NCBI GenBank assembly: GCA_038496445.1
Contig: JALMLS010000631.1
Span: 145,388-209,387, forward strand
Source: Trichosphaerium sp. ATCC 40318
Taxonomy: Eukaryota > Protista > Tubulinea
Direction: 5' to 3'
Length of the DNA stretch: 64,000 nucleotides
In this document: positions 61,201 through 64,000 of the stretch, piece after piece
How the letters are laid out: each line of letters begins with the position of its first letter
Position numbering within the stretch: position 1 is the first letter of the stretch
Program-made: the position numbers and the translations under genes
Notes under the pieces: model-generated
Database searches by the model: none
What the model was told of the DNA's origin: nothing
What the model saw: only the letters and a program-made list of their open reading frames with translations

Positions 61201-63927
61201 GGGTTTCCTCAGGAAGAGACCTTGGGAAGCAAAATACTTATGGGATGAAGTGCGATCTTAAATTATAAGATTTGATGTCAAAAGTGAATTTTGACGTTTT
61301 TAGAACCCTGTGAACACAAAAACTATGTTTGATTTGTACTTTGATTTATGGAGACCATTTGGTACTTGTTTAACGAATATCGAACGTCGTGGTGTCAAGG
61401 TATGCATGTTATTAACATTGTTTCAGCCAATATTAATTATACGCAATGTAGGTTAATGTAGATTACTTAAAACTCCTTGAACCACTGGCGGAACAAGATA
61501 TCAAGAAATACCATGACTTCTTCCGTAGATGGGCTATTAAACACTGTGATGATGCAAAATACATGAATGCTTGTACGAGAACAGCTATTGGTTGTCCAAA
61601 CAGTTTACTAAGACTAACCTGTAGCGTCTGATGCACAACTTCAACAACTGCTGTTTGCACCTTGTAACAATAAGAAGAACACTTCATTGAAACGTGAAGC
61701 TGAGAAGACTTTTACTATCATCTTCCAGGATGAAGAATGGGCAGAAATGGAGAAACAAGCTGAGCTTGAAGCTGCTATAGCAGCAAAAGAAGAAGAAGAG
61801 GCTAAAGCTAAAGAGACTGATTTTGAAGAAGTAGAAGAAGATCTTGGTGAAGCTCATGGAGGAGCTATTTCTTCTGATGCTGTTAATGAAGAAGTAGAAC
61901 AAGATCTTGAGGATGAAGAGGGTACTGATGTGGATTGGATTCAAGAAGACAAGACACCAAAGAAGAAAAAGAAGAAGAAATCTAAAAAAGCAAAAGCAAA
62001 GGAAGAGGAGTTTGGAGAAGAAGACGTATGAAAAATACTTTGTGATTTAGTACCCTTTTTTGTTCTTTTCTTTTAATGATTTATTAGTTGTTTGAAGATG
62101 AAGAGGCTCCAGAAGAACCACCAAAGAAGAAGAGGAAGAAAGTCAATAAGAAAGAGATTGTCCTCAAAGGCATGGGTTTGCCATACTTTGTACGTCTTGT
62201 TTAAAGAAGTAGCAAGCGTTTAACGTTGTGTGTTAATTTTAGGATGTAACAGCATCAGGGTGGCCAGCTGTTAGTGCAGATGCTTTGCGTAAGTTGGCAG
62301 GTGAACCACCAAACAAGTATGGTGCATTGTTCAGATACCAGAAACTTCGAAGAGGTACACTTTGGTGGCTACGACACTAGTTGTTATACACTAACAAATA
62401 TACTATAGCTGGACAAAATAATGCCATGTATGCTTGTGAAGCTATTAGCGCATTGACTAAGGCATCACAAATTGAAGTTCTCTTGAACACTTTTATAAAG
62501 CCATTGCAAGGTAAAGCTGTTTAACTTTTTTTTTGTTTGTTAACACGTGTTTTGTATAGTTATTCCAGACGAAAATGGGCGTATTCATGCATCATTGAAT
62601 ATCAATACAGAAACTGGACGACTTTCTTGTAGAAAACCTAATCTACAAAATCAACCAGCTTATGACAAAGACACTTACAGGATTCGTTCAGCATTTACCT
62701 GTGAGCCAGGAAACAGTCTTATTGGTACCACCAACATCTTTTTGTTTAATAATTCTGTATTGACCATCGTGTAGTCGCTGATTATGGGCAACTGGAATTA
62801 AGGCTTCTTGGACACATTACACGATGTGAGAGTATGTTACAGGCATTCAAAGAAGTACGTATAGAAAGCAGCATTGCTTTTGCATCTAGATGCTAACAGG
62901 TTTTTGTCAAGGGCGGAGATTTTCACTCAAGGACAGCTGTTGGTATGTACCCAGAGATCAAAGAGGCTCTTGATAAAGGAGAGGTACATATATCTATGGT
63001 GTACGAGATATTCTTCTTACTAATAATAAACTAGGTTCTTTTGGAATGGGATTACGCCAATGGCAATCCTCCAGCTCCACTTGTAAAAGAAAAATATGCT
63101 ACTGAAAGGCGACGAGCTAAGATGCTTAACTTTTCTTTGGCGTATGGTAAAACTGTTGTTGGTCTCTCTAAGGATTGGGGAGTCAGTGAGACAGAAGCGC
63201 AAAAAACGCTTGACGCTTGGTACGAACAACATACGTAGTTGAGCATAAGAAGCTAACACGAGAGTTAAAAATAGGTATCGAGATAGGCCAGAAGTTAAAA
63301 AATGGCAAATGTGGTCCAAGAGGAGAGCAGAGAAGTATGGTTGGACAAGAACGTTGATGGGTCGGTATCGTCCACTTCCTGCAATGTCAGAAAGAGGAGC
63401 CATGCGAGGTCATGCAGAAAGAGCAGCGATTAATACACCTCTTCAGGTAAATCATTTCTTAAGCCATTGTTTTGTTAGTGCACTTCTGATGCATTTTAGG
63501 GTGGCGCTGCTGATATTATGGTTAAAGCTATGCTGTTGATAGAAGCACATCCGAGACTAAAAGAACTCAAATGGTTACAAGTGATGCAGATTCATGATGA
63601 AGTAATTCTAGAGGTAAACAAAAAACCAGCCGTAAGAGTAATTATCTAACTTTATTCAAAAAAGGACCTGAAGAACACCAAGATGAAGCACTTGAGGTAC
63701 TAACGTTTTAAGCTTATTTGGTGTCTTATTGTATACTATAGATTGTAATGGACCTTATGCGTACCCAGTTCATCCTGGTGATGTCAAAAAGCCATTGCTT
63801 GTTGATCTCGTTGTAGATAGTAATGTTGGTAAAAACTGGTACGAAAAATGAAGTCTTTAAGTTGTTTTTTTTGCTAAGCTACAACTTGTGTTTTCTGACT
63901 TTTTTGTAAAGGTATGAAGCCAAGTAA
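58229..63927 (+). CDS. Family A organellar DNA polymerase (POP type) with N-terminal 5'-3' exonuclease, 3'-5' exonuclease and polymerase domains
   Basis: Presequence MLRFVRANK. 5'-3' exo motifs LLIDG..FLWRAF, FR..LYPPYK.NR, EADDIIAT, DKDLMQL, LVGDSADN.PGVP.IG.K.A. POP signatures HACDTE, DFGNG, KVWHNYSFD, ADT.HMARL.D. Polymerase motifs TETGRLSC.KPNLQN, ADYGQLELR, ERRRAKMLNFSLAYG, ERAAINTPLQG, QIHDE. Confidence 0.93.
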
Positions 63928-64000
63928 GTATCTCGATTCATTTTTATTTTGGGAATGGAGGGCATGTATAATAAAAAACTGGTTGGAAGAACAATTCGAA

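Noticed and set aside
63835-63927. Intron read-through gives NWYEK* versus spliced NWYEAK*
   Set aside because: Largely explained by the common G|GTAC donor mimicking W-Y codons; no evidence for a functional alternative end.
1-64000. Frequent in-frame stops suggesting pseudogenes or an alternative genetic code
   Set aside because: The stops fall inside short GT-AG introns; spliced models are intact under the standard code and end with TAA, TAG or TGA.

Overview
This is gene-dense eukaryotic nuclear DNA from an AT-rich protist, plausibly an amoebozoan (inference only). Genes are broken by many short GT-AG introns of about 40-120 nt, mostly with GTAC/GTAA donors, so the ORF track shows only exon fragments; the gene models here were assembled by hand from splice sites and protein motifs. 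About 27 genes can be modelled. Recognisable housekeeping genes are DUS3L, TXNL4B/DIM2, sphingosine-1-phosphate lyase, an Akr1-type DHYC palmitoyltransferase, CMTR1, a Ras-family GTPase, an HPS5-like protein, a Tim44-like protein, ESD, DUF427, a GST, a CLC-6/7 channel, an Arf-like GTPase, UMPS and a POP-type organellar DNA polymerase with a 5'-3' exonuclease domain. The most striking signal is a three-gene cluster at 36.9-48.5 kb. Its proteins are built from 4-6 tandem ~70-aa 'W..DWY..GG..Y..S..P..W' repeats, with an intron at the same position in nearly every repeat. Two copies end in a RAP/Vsr-like restriction-endonuclease-fold domain and have presequence-like N-termini; the third lacks the nuclease. 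Other notable items: a 4-nt microexon and a candidate intronic H/ACA RNA in UMPS, a stand-alone alpha-COP-like propeller, a JmjC protein lacking both iron-binding histidines, a 2H-phosphoesterase-RRM fusion and a GC-AG intron. No tRNA, rRNA, CRISPR array or transposase was seen.
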